Part shown: positions 9,286 through 17,443 of the stretch, piece by piece
Position numbering within the stretch: the stretch's first letter is position 1
How the letters are laid out: the number at the start of each line of letters is the position of its first letter
NCBI GenBank assembly: GCA_002255045.1
Contig: NJEE01000001.1
Coordinates: 1 to 44,128, forward strand
From: Candidatus Bathyarchaeota archaeon ex4484_205
GTDB lineage: Archaea; Thermoproteota; EX4484-205
Length of the DNA stretch: 44,128 bases
Direction of reading: 5' to 3'
The notes under the pieces: model-generated
What the model was told of the DNA's origin: nothing
The model's database searches: none
Seen by the model: only the letters and a program-made list of their open reading frames with translations
Program-made: the position numbers and the translations under genes

Positions 9286-9426
9286 TGGTAGCGGGGGGTG
9301 GAATTTCAGGCAAAGCCTTTTGAACCACCGCTTGAGGGATTGAACCTATCTCAGGGTCTCTCCTTCATTATGAGCCCTGCGGGTTATCCGAATTATAGTC
9401 TTTAGACCTGGCTACCCCACCCCGCT
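9286..9426 (-). tRNA. initiator tRNA-Met(CAU) with four inferred insertions (D-loop, 37/38, variable loop, T-loop 59/60); CCA encoded
   Basis: Minus strand: AGCGGGG TG GGGT [29-nt D-loop region] ACCC G CAGGG CTCATA[ATGAAGGAGAG]A CCCTG [22-nt variable region] GGTGG TTCAAA[AGGCTTTGCCTGAAAT]T CCACC CCCCGCT A CCA. The A1:U72 pair and three G:C pairs closing the anticodon stem are archaeal initiator hallmarks. Confidence 0.8.
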
Positions 9427-9502
9427 ACAATTATTTGTAGTATGTAAGTTGGGATATAAACTTTAACATTAGATGTCAGGGCTTCGATTTCTGAGGGAAA
9501 GT

Positions 9503-9510
9503 TTTATATT
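9503..9510 (+). promoter_or_regulatory. TATA-box-like element upstream of the wHTH/NurA/HerA operon
   Basis: TTTTATAT lies about 30 nt upstream of the TTG start at 9539, which is compatible with a near-leaderless transcript. Confidence 0.4.
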
Positions 9511-9532
9511 TACGTTTACGTTTACGTTTACG
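9509..9532 (+). repeat. perfect tandem hexamer (TTTACG)x4 ending in the palindrome TTTACGTAAA
   Basis: Read directly from the sequence. It lies between the TATA-like box and the first start codon of the operon. Confidence 0.9.
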
Positions 9533-9538
9533 TAAAAG

Positions 9539-10006
9539 TTGGGAAGTATTAGGATCACGCTAAGAAGGAGGTATGGAGATGTGGAGATAGAGGGGGATAA
9601 TGTAGAAGAAGTGATAGAGTTATTGGAAGGATTTAAAAGAATAGATGAGGAGATCTCAGAAATTTTGAGAGAGCCTCTTAAAGGAGAGCTTGTCGGAATC
9701 GTGGATTATGACAGAAATCAAAAACCGATAATAAAGGTCAGAAAGGAATTTGTAACTGTAAAAGATGCGATTCTACTTCTTCTTTATGCATCAAAGGAGA
9801 GTGGGCTTAGCAACACAGAGATAAACGAACAACTCATCAAGAGTGGAATAAGGACAACAAGTCATGCTGCAAGGTTATCTGAATTGGCAAGGGAAGGGTA
9901 TGTTATGAGGAACGAGAAGGGAAAATATCTAGTTACAGAACAGGGAAAATATCAGGTACAGGAGATAATAAAGAGAATAAGAGGAGGTGAGAATGCTGAA
10001 ACTTGA
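9539..10006 (+). CDS. hypothetical protein with C-terminal winged-HTH (paralog A)
   Basis: 155 aa with a TTG start. C-terminal LSELAREGYVMRNEKGKYLVTEQG. The N-terminal IRITL...GDVEIEGDNVEEVIELL parallels the next ORF. Confidence 0.55.
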   Translation: MGSIRITLRRRYGDVEIEGDNVEEVIELLEGFKRIDEEISEILREPLKGELVGIVDYDRNQKPIIKVRKEFVTVKDAILLLLYASKESGLSNTEINEQLIKSGIRTTSHAARLSELAREGYVMRNEKGKYLVTEQGKYQVQEIIKRIRGGENAET

Positions 10007-10487
10007 GCTAAAGATAGACGGAAAAACCCTAAAGTTAGAGGGAGAAAGAGAGGAGATAGTGGAGGAGGCTCTGAAATTTCTCTATAACATATATCCTAAG
10101 TTATCTCTCATCAATAAGATTGTAGTCAGGCCAGATATAGAAAAATTGATTGAAAGAATATCTGCGTTTGTTAAGATACTTGAGGATGGAACTCTAATAA
10201 TTAAAGGAACTTTCCCAGCTGAAAAGGGCATATTGCTAGCACTAGCTGCGGCAAAGATTGGTGGAGATTGGGGAATCAGAGAGAAATACTTGGGAATCAG
10301 AGAACTGCAAGAATTATTGAATATAAAGAATAAAACTGTGAGAAATAATTGTAGTAAATTATCCAAGGATGGATATATAAGAAGGGATGAGAGAGGAAAA
10401 TATATTATCACAAATAAGGGGATATATTTTCTTCTCGAATCATTGTTCGGGGAGGAGGATGTAGCGGAGGTGAGTGGAGGAGGATAA
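9987..10487 (+). CDS. hypothetical protein with C-terminal winged-HTH (paralog B)
   Basis: 166 aa. LKLELKIDGKTLKLEGEREEIVEEAL and CSKLSKDGYIRRDERGKYIITNKG mirror ORF A. Overlaps ORF A by 20 nt. Confidence 0.55.
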   Translation: MRMLKLELKIDGKTLKLEGEREEIVEEALKFLYNIYPKLSLINKIVVRPDIEKLIERISAFVKILEDGTLIIKGTFPAEKGILLALAAAKIGGDWGIREKYLGIRELQELLNIKNKTVRNNCSKLSKDGYIRRDERGKYIITNKGIYFLLESLFGEEDVAEVSGGG

Positions 10488-10492
10488 GAAGT

Positions 10493-11314
10493 ATGAAAGC
10501 CCGCTACACCCTCATAGATAAATATTTTGAGGAAGTTATAAATTTAACCAGCGAATCTATTGGAAAATCAATATCACCATTCATAGAACCTGAGAGAGAA
10601 GAATTAACATTCGAGTTACAAGAAACTGTAGAAAACAGAATTCTAAAAGGCACAGATGTCAGCATAAAGATAGTAAGCCATGATTCAGAGAGGTTCTTCA
10701 TACTCACAAGGATAGCCACAGTAGAGAAAAATGGAGGATATAAAGTACACCGAAGTAAGCCAAAGTTGTTTATTGTAGATAGGAATGAAATGAGGCCCCT
10801 TAGTTTTGTTGAGTATTTGGCGAGAAAACGGAGTGTTGAAGACACTTACAATGGAATTATCCTATGGGATGGAGGTCTTCTAGATGTATCTAAGAGGGCT
10901 GTTAAGGGTATTTTGTTAGAATCAGAAAGGAGAAAAAACATTATTTTCGCGATCCCTAAGCGTCGTGTATTCTCAGAAATCCTTAGAAACAGATTGGAGA
11001 GCAATAGTGTGAAAGTACTAAGAAATGGGGGATTTTTTGAATTCTATATGAGAACCCATGAGAGAGCTCCTATACTGTATGGGCAGGGATATTCCCCCAA
11101 AGAAGTAGAAGGAGAGGTTAATGATATTTTCTCTGTCTTGAGAAGGGACTGTTTATATCGTGGCTATCCCGAAACGTTGAGACTAGCACATATATACTCT
11201 AAATTTACGAAACTTGAAATCCTGAGTTATCAAATAATTCTAAAAAAGAATTTCTCGGCCAAACCTTGGAAAGACAACTTTAGAAGACAAATATTAGGGG
11301 GCTTGTGGAGCTAA
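10493..11314 (+). CDS. possible NurA-like nuclease (short form)
   Basis: 273 aa. ILWDGGLLD is a candidate for the first acidic motif, and the C-terminal RGYPETLRLAHIYS resembles the GYPxxLxxAH end of NurA domains as I remember them. It sits immediately upstream of, and overlaps, a HerA-like ATPase gene. Confidence 0.4.
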   Translation: MKARYTLIDKYFEEVINLTSESIGKSISPFIEPEREELTFELQETVENRILKGTDVSIKIVSHDSERFFILTRIATVEKNGGYKVHRSKPKLFIVDRNEMRPLSFVEYLARKRSVEDTYNGIILWDGGLLDVSKRAVKGILLESERRKNIIFAIPKRRVFSEILRNRLESNSVKVLRNGGFFEFYMRTHERAPILYGQGYSPKEVEGEVNDIFSVLRRDCLYRGYPETLRLAHIYSKFTKLEILSYQIILKKNFSAKPWKDNFRRQILGGLWS

Positions 11315-12681
11315 TGCAGATATATAGAAAGAATGATCTAATTTTGGAGGTCATTGAATTTTCGCCTGAGATGCGGGAGAGGGGAGATTTTTTGATAATA
11401 GAGGATGTAAGAGGAGATCTCCTTGTTCAGGTAATCGATATGGAATATTTGGAATTACCTGGATTGTTAGAAGAAACCATTACTGACCTACCCTATATAG
11501 AGATAGCGGAAAATGGGGAAGAGAGCATTCTTTTAAAAATAAGAGATGCAACAGTCCTTAAGTGCAAGATAAGGGGGATACTTACCGATAAAGGAATTTT
11601 GACATCGACTTGGATTCCTTCTAGGGTTCACTCCAGCATATCACATATCACAGATGGAGAGGTATTGAGGTATGTAATAGGAGATAGGATAAAGAGGCCA
11701 ATTACTATAGGGAAGACGAGATTTGAAGAGGAAGTCGTCATTGATGCAAAATCTTTAGATGGTAAATTGACTGTAATTACAGGGAAAAAGGGGACAGGAA
11801 AGTCTCATCTTTCAAAGATTATTTTGAAGGGACTTTTAAGCTATGGGGCACCGTGTCTAGTTTTTGATATAAATGGAGAGTATGTAGGAGAGGATACGGT
11901 ATCCCTCACCCCAGGTGATACACTCAAATTCACTTTAAGGTATGTTGGATCGGATTCCTTTCTTAAGATCCTTGACGAAATATATGGATTACCTTCTAGT
12001 TCCTTGTGGGAAGTGCGTAGAGTATGGGAAAGCCTGGGAGAGAAGATCACATTAGAGAAACTAAAACATTCGATCAGAGCCAAGAGCATGAATGAGCATG
12101 TGAGGGATGCTATTTTGAGAAGGTTGGAGATGATAGAGGCTTCAAGAATATTTACGGATGAACCTAGCGAGGGGATTAGAATAGAGGAGAAAATACACAG
12201 CGACAGAGGAGTGATAGTAAATCTAAAGGGATTGCCTGGCGTCTTCAGGAGAATGATCGTTGACCTTATTCTTACGAAGATTATTTATTTACTTGAAAAG
12301 GAAAGAATTCCTCCTATATTTTTATTTGCTGAGGAGGCACATACTTACCATGATGAGAAGTTTTGGGAGGACCTTGTCACACGAATGAGACATATTGGAA
12401 TCTCCTTGATTTTTATCACAAATCAGCCGGATAGACTTTCTGAGACGATTTATAGACAGGCAGATAACGTTTTTCTTTTTAATTTCACGAATGAAAATGA
12501 CTTGAGTTTTGTGTCCAAAGCTTCTCGAGTAGACTCGGAAACCGTCCGTTCCTTAGTTTCAACTCTTCCACCGAGGTATTGTCTCATATTAGGAGAAGTT
12601 GTCGGAGACATACCTATAGTTCTTAGCGTTGTTGGAGATACCTATTTTAAATCTGGAAGAACAAAATGTTATTTCGACTAG
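11305..12681 (+). CDS. HerA/FtsK-superfamily ATPase (DUF87, HerA-like)
   Basis: 458 aa. N-terminal HAS-barrel-like GDFLIIEDVRGDLLVQVIDME, Walker A ITGKKGTGKSHL and Walker B IFLFAEEAH. Confidence 0.7.
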   Translation: MELMQIYRKNDLILEVIEFSPEMRERGDFLIIEDVRGDLLVQVIDMEYLELPGLLEETITDLPYIEIAENGEESILLKIRDATVLKCKIRGILTDKGILTSTWIPSRVHSSISHITDGEVLRYVIGDRIKRPITIGKTRFEEEVVIDAKSLDGKLTVITGKKGTGKSHLSKIILKGLLSYGAPCLVFDINGEYVGEDTVSLTPGDTLKFTLRYVGSDSFLKILDEIYGLPSSSLWEVRRVWESLGEKITLEKLKHSIRAKSMNEHVRDAILRRLEMIEASRIFTDEPSEGIRIEEKIHSDRGVIVNLKGLPGVFRRMIVDLILTKIIYLLEKERIPPIFLFAEEAHTYHDEKFWEDLVTRMRHIGISLIFITNQPDRLSETIYRQADNVFLFNFTNENDLSFVSKASRVDSETVRSLVSTLPPRYCLILGEVVGDIPIVLSVVGDTYFKSGRTKCYFD

Positions 12682-13979
12682 TCTCTATGGAACACAGTTA
12701 TCCCTTTAAAGGTACATTTATCTCCTAGTTTCTCCTCAATACGGAGAAGGCGATTATATTTTGCAGTTCTTTCCCCTCTTGCTGGTGCACCAGTCTTTAT
12801 CTCACCTACACAGAGAGCGACAGCGATATCAGCGATGTATGTATCTTCAGTTTCACCTGAACGATGGCTGACGATAACATTATAGTTGTTAGAAAGAGCA
12901 AGATTTGCTGCATCAAGAGCCTCAGACAGACTTCCTATCTGGTTTACTTTGAGTAAAAGAGCATTTGCAGCACCTATTTGGATTCCTCTTTTTAATCTTT
13001 CAATGTTTGTCACAAAAAGATCGTCACCTACAATTTGAACTTTAGAACCTAATTTCTTAGTGATAGTTGCGAAGGAGGTAAAATCATTTTCTTCAAAGGG
13101 ATCTTCAATAGAGATTATAGGATATTTCTCCGTGAGAGAGATGAATAGATCAAGTAGCTCATTCGGCCCATAACGACTACCATCAACTAAGTATTTGCTA
13201 CTCTTCTCCTCATAGATTTCTGAGGCGGCACAATCAAGTGCTAGAAAGACCTCCTTTCCAGCTTGATATCCTGAAGACTCTATTGAGTCAATTAGAAGCT
13301 GTAGGGCTTCCTCAGTCTCAGAGATATTGGGAGCAAAACCTCCTTCATCGCCAACATTTATGGCATTTTTTCCATATTTGGATAATAATAATTTTTTAAG
13401 GGACTGATAGATAGTAACACCAGCCTCCAAAGCGTTGGAAAAGGTCTTAAATCCGGCTGGAACTATCATAAATTCCTGAAAAGAGAGTAGATTTCCAGCA
13501 TGTTTTCCACCATTGATTATGTTCATGAGAGGGACTGGAAGTACATATACTTCCTTGTCGGGCGCAAGATATTCAAATAATTCCTTACCGGAGGCTTTTG
13601 ATGCAGTCTTCGCAGCTGCTAGAGAGACTGATAGAATGGTATTACCGCCTAACTTAGATTTTTGTGGAGTGCCATCTAAAGTTATCATTATTCGATCTAT
13701 TTCCCTTTGGTTACGAACATCTAATCCCTTTAGTTTAGGAGATATGATATCTTCAATTATTCTTACTGCTTTCAGCACCCCTCTCCCATGCATTCTTTGT
13801 GGATCTTCGTCTCTCAATTCAAGTACCTCAAATCGTCCAGTAGAGGCACCGGAGGGCACTGAAGCATAGGCGGAGAGATCTCCTAGGGTATATATCTCAG
13901 CTTCTACTGTGGGATTTCCTCTGGAGTCTATAATTTCCCGCCCCTTTATCTCTTCAATAATAAACTTATTGGAGGACAT
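12678..13979 (-). CDS. eno: enolase (phosphopyruvate hydratase)
   Basis: 433 aa. SHRSGETEDTYIADIAVA signature, LLLKVNQIGSLSEA and GDEGGFAP. Confidence 0.95.
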   Translation of the reverse strand: MSSNKFIIEEIKGREIIDSRGNPTVEAEIYTLGDLSAYASVPSGASTGRFEVLELRDEDPQRMHGRGVLKAVRIIEDIISPKLKGLDVRNQREIDRIMITLDGTPQKSKLGGNTILSVSLAAAKTASKASGKELFEYLAPDKEVYVLPVPLMNIINGGKHAGNLLSFQEFMIVPAGFKTFSNALEAGVTIYQSLKKLLLSKYGKNAINVGDEGGFAPNISETEEALQLLIDSIESSGYQAGKEVFLALDCAASEIYEEKSSKYLVDGSRYGPNELLDLFISLTEKYPIISIEDPFEENDFTSFATITKKLGSKVQIVGDDLFVTNIERLKRGIQIGAANALLLKVNQIGSLSEALDAANLALSNNYNVIVSHRSGETEDTYIADIAVALCVGEIKTGAPARGERTAKYNRLLRIEEKLGDKCTFKGITVFHRD

Positions 13980-14018
13980 GACACAATAGATGCCAAGAAT
14001 TGATATTTTTATTTTCTT

Positions 14019-14348
14019 CTATAGTCCTAGAAGAGATGGCATAACTTCCAGAAATACAGATAATAGAATGGCACTTATGACAAGTCGTCTGCCAGTATAT
14101 TTCTCAAATCCGGAAAGCCATAGAACTAGACCTATAGAGAACAGACCTACACAGAGGTAGGGAACTATCCGTCTTATAAATTGAATAACAGCAGACACAA
14201 AATTGACAACCATAACTTCAATACTTTCCAATAAAGCATCGAAGAAAGTTTCTACCATAGAGGAGGTGGAATTGGTAGGGAAACAGAGGGCTATAGCTAT
14301 CTCTTTAGAGAGAAGGAGAGAAATAAGGAGAAGGAGAACTTTTTTCAT
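14019..14348 (-). CDS. small membrane/secreted protein
   Basis: 109 aa. N-terminal signal-like MKKVLLLLISLLL plus two further hydrophobic segments. Confidence 0.4.
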   Translation of the reverse strand: MKKVLLLLISLLLSKEIAIALCFPTNSTSSMVETFFDALLESIEVMVVNFVSAVIQFIRRIVPYLCVGLFSIGLVLWLSGFEKYTGRRLVISAILLSVFLEVMPSLLGL

Positions 14349-14381
14349 GAGCCATTAATACTTATTTTCTAACATACTTAA

Positions 14382-15086
14382 TCACCTATGAATTCTCAGC
14401 GCTTTGCTTAATGGTGGAAGTTCCTTTAAAAGTTGGTTAAAGAACTTCTCTACACACACATCCAAAGGAACTTTTTTATTTAGAAATACACCAGTTCGCC
14501 CTCTCTCATTCCGTTGCATAAGGACTCTTTCTCTTTCCCAGATAATATCCATACTGACACCCAGGATTCTCCTCGCGAATACTTCATTCCCTATAAGAGA
14601 GAGCTCCTCATGACCATAATCCTTTGGAAGTATAAGTAATAATTTTTTATTAACTCCAGCCACTCTCTTATTAGATGCAAGTTCAGAAGAGGAGATTATT
14701 CCACCGAATTTATAGAACTCTTCTTCTCGTTTCTTTAACTTAAGTAGAGGAATAGAAATGTTAACATTACCAGGAAGCTTATAGACGGCTTTAGGAACAG
14801 TAGAGGGAGTTGCCATCATGATATATTTCTCATATTCTGCTATTGAATCAAGTACTATCTCAATTTTATAGGAGGGGATAGGACTCAGGAAAATTATATC
14901 GATATCGCTATGCTTCTTTATGTCTCCACGTGCCACACTACCATGGATGAAAGGAGTGAGACCATATTTTTGGAATTCCTGCATAAAGCGGGATGCTGTT
15001 TTTCTCAGAGCTTGTAGTAAGATCCAATCGTCCTCCTTATAAACTATAAATCGATGCACACCAGGACCTCTTGGTTTCTCCCTCAA
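14382..15086 (-). CDS. Pol-beta-superfamily nucleotidyltransferase domain protein
   Basis: 234 aa. HGSVARGDIKKHSDIDIIF is the GS...DxD minimal NTase motif. Confidence 0.6.
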   Translation of the reverse strand: MREKPRGPGVHRFIVYKEDDWILLQALRKTASRFMQEFQKYGLTPFIHGSVARGDIKKHSDIDIIFLSPIPSYKIEIVLDSIAEYEKYIMMATPSTVPKAVYKLPGNVNISIPLLKLKKREEEFYKFGGIISSSELASNKRVAGVNKKLLLILPKDYGHEELSLIGNEVFARRILGVSMDIIWERERVLMQRNERGRTGVFLNKKVPLDVCVEKFFNQLLKELPPLSKALRIHR

Positions 15087-15150
15087 TATATTCCCTCTCA
15101 GACTAAAAGAAGGTTAGGTTTAAATTAAATTCTATAGAAAGAAACCAATT

Positions 15151-16188
15151 ATGTATTTAGCTCTCTTGATAATTTTGTTACCTCTAATTCTTTTCACACT
15201 TGTTAAAATACTGAAGATAAAGGTGGAGGGAGTTGAAAGTACACCTATATATTTCTCCATAAGGACAAAACACATAGTATCAATATTAGAAAAAATAGCC
15301 GTAAGGAGCAGTAATGTTATAAATGACTTTGGAAGAATAGCGGTTTATACAACAATATTTATGATTATTTTTTATTTTTATTTCTTTTTCTTTAATTTCC
15401 TTAAATTTCTCTTCAAATTTGGGGAAACTTCAAAGATCATAATACTTTATCCGGGTTTGACAATTAACATAGAGGAAAGTATATACTTCTTTATCTCTGT
15501 AGGTTTTTCCTTAATTATACATGAAGCAGCACATGCTCTACAGGCATTATCGCACGATATAGAAGTGAGGTGGTTTGGCGTAGGAATTTTCTTGGGACTG
15601 ATATATGGTTTTGTTGAAATAGATGATAAGGCTCTAATGAAAGCCGGTAAAGAAGTTAGAAGAAAAATATACTCCTCCGGTCCCTTCACAAACCTCATAA
15701 TAGCTCTCACAACTTTTCTTTTAATAAGTGCAGTATATCAGCTAGGCATAAGTGGGATATTGGTGGTGGATACTAAGAGAGAAGAATGCGCGCCTTTAAA
15801 AGGGAAAATCATAACAAGAATAAATGACATACGTATAACCAACGTGGAGGATTTCCTGAATTTTATGGAGAGTAGAAAAGTTGGAGAAGTTGTAAAAATT
15901 GAAACAGTAAGTGGAGAGACATATTTTATTCGACTTGGAGAAAGATTTGGGAAGAGTTTCTTAGGGGTGGCATGTGTGAATTATAATACTCTATACTACA
16001 ATCCCTTCTTTAAGCTACTCATCTGGCTGGGAATAATTAATATTAATTTGGCAATTTTAAATGCAGCACCATTCTTCCTAACGGATGGGGGGAAGTTTGT
16101 AAGGGAATTTAAAATAAAAGGAGAGATCATTAACTATTTGGGAGTTGCTATATTACTCTTAAATATGGTGGCAAGTGGCTTAGGATAA
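15151..16188 (+). CDS. site-2 protease, M50-family intramembrane metalloprotease with PDZ-like insert
   Basis: 345 aa and multi-TM. HEAAHAL (HExxH) and NAAPFFLTDGG (NxxPxxxxDG). Confidence 0.8.
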   Translation: MYLALLIILLPLILFTLVKILKIKVEGVESTPIYFSIRTKHIVSILEKIAVRSSNVINDFGRIAVYTTIFMIIFYFYFFFFNFLKFLFKFGETSKIIILYPGLTINIEESIYFFISVGFSLIIHEAAHALQALSHDIEVRWFGVGIFLGLIYGFVEIDDKALMKAGKEVRRKIYSSGPFTNLIIALTTFLLISAVYQLGISGILVVDTKREECAPLKGKIITRINDIRITNVEDFLNFMESRKVGEVVKIETVSGETYFIRLGERFGKSFLGVACVNYNTLYYNPFFKLLIWLGIININLAILNAAPFFLTDGGKFVREFKIKGEIINYLGVAILLLNMVASGLG

Positions 16189-16191
16189 GGC

Positions 16192-16863
16192 TTGTTATGT
16201 GACATATGTGGGGAGAGAGGAATTATAAAACAGCATTTCTCAGGAAGAGTCCTTTGTAAGAAATGTCTTTATAGGGATCTAATGAGAAGAACAAAGAGGA
16301 TAGTAGGAGAGTATAGAATGCTTGAACCACGAGACAGAATTTTGGTAGTGATAGGAAAATATCTTGAAGATTTTATAGCTGCCAAGATTCTCTGGGATAT
16401 AGAGAGGAAGTACCCAACTACAATCTTCTTACTTTTATCACAACACATGGATGAAGAGAAAATAGTTTCGAGATATATCGGAGAATTATATAAGGAGAGA
16501 ATCGTGAAAAATTACAAAGAGCCTTGGGAGGTTGCCAGAAAGCTGAAATGTACAAAAATTGTCGTGGGAATTACATTGGAGGAATATCTCGCATCATTTC
16601 TCTTTCCGAAGTTTTTATACGGAGTTATCCTTCCAAAAGAAAGAATTTCGGAAAAATTAACAATAATAAGACCTACAATAAAAATAATGCTTAAAGAAAT
16701 GAAATTAATAACAGAAGAAGAAATAATTAAGAAATTACATACAAAAGAGAATGAAATAACAAGATTTCTTGAGAATCTTGAAAGCAAACATGAGGGAATA
16801 CTTTTCTCGTTCTATAAGGGAACGGAGAAACTTATGAAAGAAATAAAAAACTTTAAGCCTTAG
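16192..16863 (+). CDS. TtuA/NcsA-like protein with N-terminal zinc ribbon and degenerate PP-loop
   Basis: 223 aa with a TTG start. CDICGERGIIKQHFSGRVLCKKC...YRMLEPRDRILVVIGKYLEDF parallels TtuA architecture, but the SGGKDS position reads IGKYLED. Confidence 0.35.
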   Translation: MLCDICGERGIIKQHFSGRVLCKKCLYRDLMRRTKRIVGEYRMLEPRDRILVVIGKYLEDFIAAKILWDIERKYPTTIFLLLSQHMDEEKIVSRYIGELYKERIVKNYKEPWEVARKLKCTKIVVGITLEEYLASFLFPKFLYGVILPKERISEKLTIIRPTIKIMLKEMKLITEEEIIKKLHTKENEITRFLENLESKHEGILFSFYKGTEKLMKEIKNFKP

Positions 16864-16882
16864 GGGTAACTATTCTAATATT

Positions 16883-17199
16883 GCGGCGGCAACATGGCCG
16901 GGGGGCTTGCCGTCCCCTGTAACTTGAAACCGGCAACATGCAAGGGCCTGTAACCCGAGGGGCGTGGTTGACACTCTACGTAGGCCTGTCTCCTTAGGAA
17001 TGAGGGCCAGCCCATCGGGTGGGCGTAGGCCCATACTACCTTCCGTAGGGAAGGTAAGAGGGTTTAATCATCGAATCCGCCAGGCCCGGGAGGGAGCAAC
17101 GGTAAGGTGAGCAACCCACGCTGATGGTATACTGGCCGAACTGATGGGGACAGAGACCGCGTAGGGTTGTCGGCTGCCACCCAAGGGGGTTGCCGCCGC
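16883..17199 (+). ncRNA. signal recognition particle RNA (archaeal 7S RNA)
   Basis: GC-rich, about 317 nt. The ends GCGGCGGCAAC and GTTGCCGCCGC pair over 11 bp. Conserved helix-8 block GCCAGGCCCGGGAGGGAGCAACGGTAAGG. Confidence 0.85.
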
Positions 17200-17304
17200 A
17201 CTAGTCTTTAATTATGAATTATTAAGAAGAGAAGAGTAGTATTAAAGTTCCAGATTGATAGTGTGGAGCATTTTATAAGCTAAGGTTTTACATTCAGAAG
17301 ATAG

Positions 17305-17399
17305 TGGGCCGGGCCGGACTTGAACCGGCGACCTCCCGGTTATCAGCCGGGTGCTCTAACCTTCAGCGTGACAATCTCACTATGCTAAGCTACCGGCCC
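17305..17399 (-). tRNA. tRNA-Ile(GAU) with one ~20-nt D-loop insertion
   Basis: Minus strand: GGGCCGG TA GCTT AGC[ATAGTGAGATTGTCACGCTGAA]GGTTA GAGC A CCCGG CTGATAA CCGGG AGGTC GCCGG TTCAAGT CCGGC CCGGCCC A. Confidence 0.8.
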
Positions 17400-17443
17400 T
17401 TAAATTAAGTTATGACATCTATATTTTAAATTTTGGCATATTT

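Noticed and set aside
6871-9326. The shared ~23-nt motif TTTCAGGCARAGCCTTTTGAACC (with related copies at 19673-19695 and 24133-24156) as a dispersed repeat, MITE or novel ncRNA family.
   Set aside because: Each copy sits exactly inside a tRNA T-arm. It is the T-loop plus a 59/60 intron read on the opposite strand, not an independent element.
9509-9532. The TTTACG tandem array as a CRISPR or minisatellite.
   Set aside because: It has only four 6-nt units with no spacers. Its position between TATA box and start codon fits an operator better.
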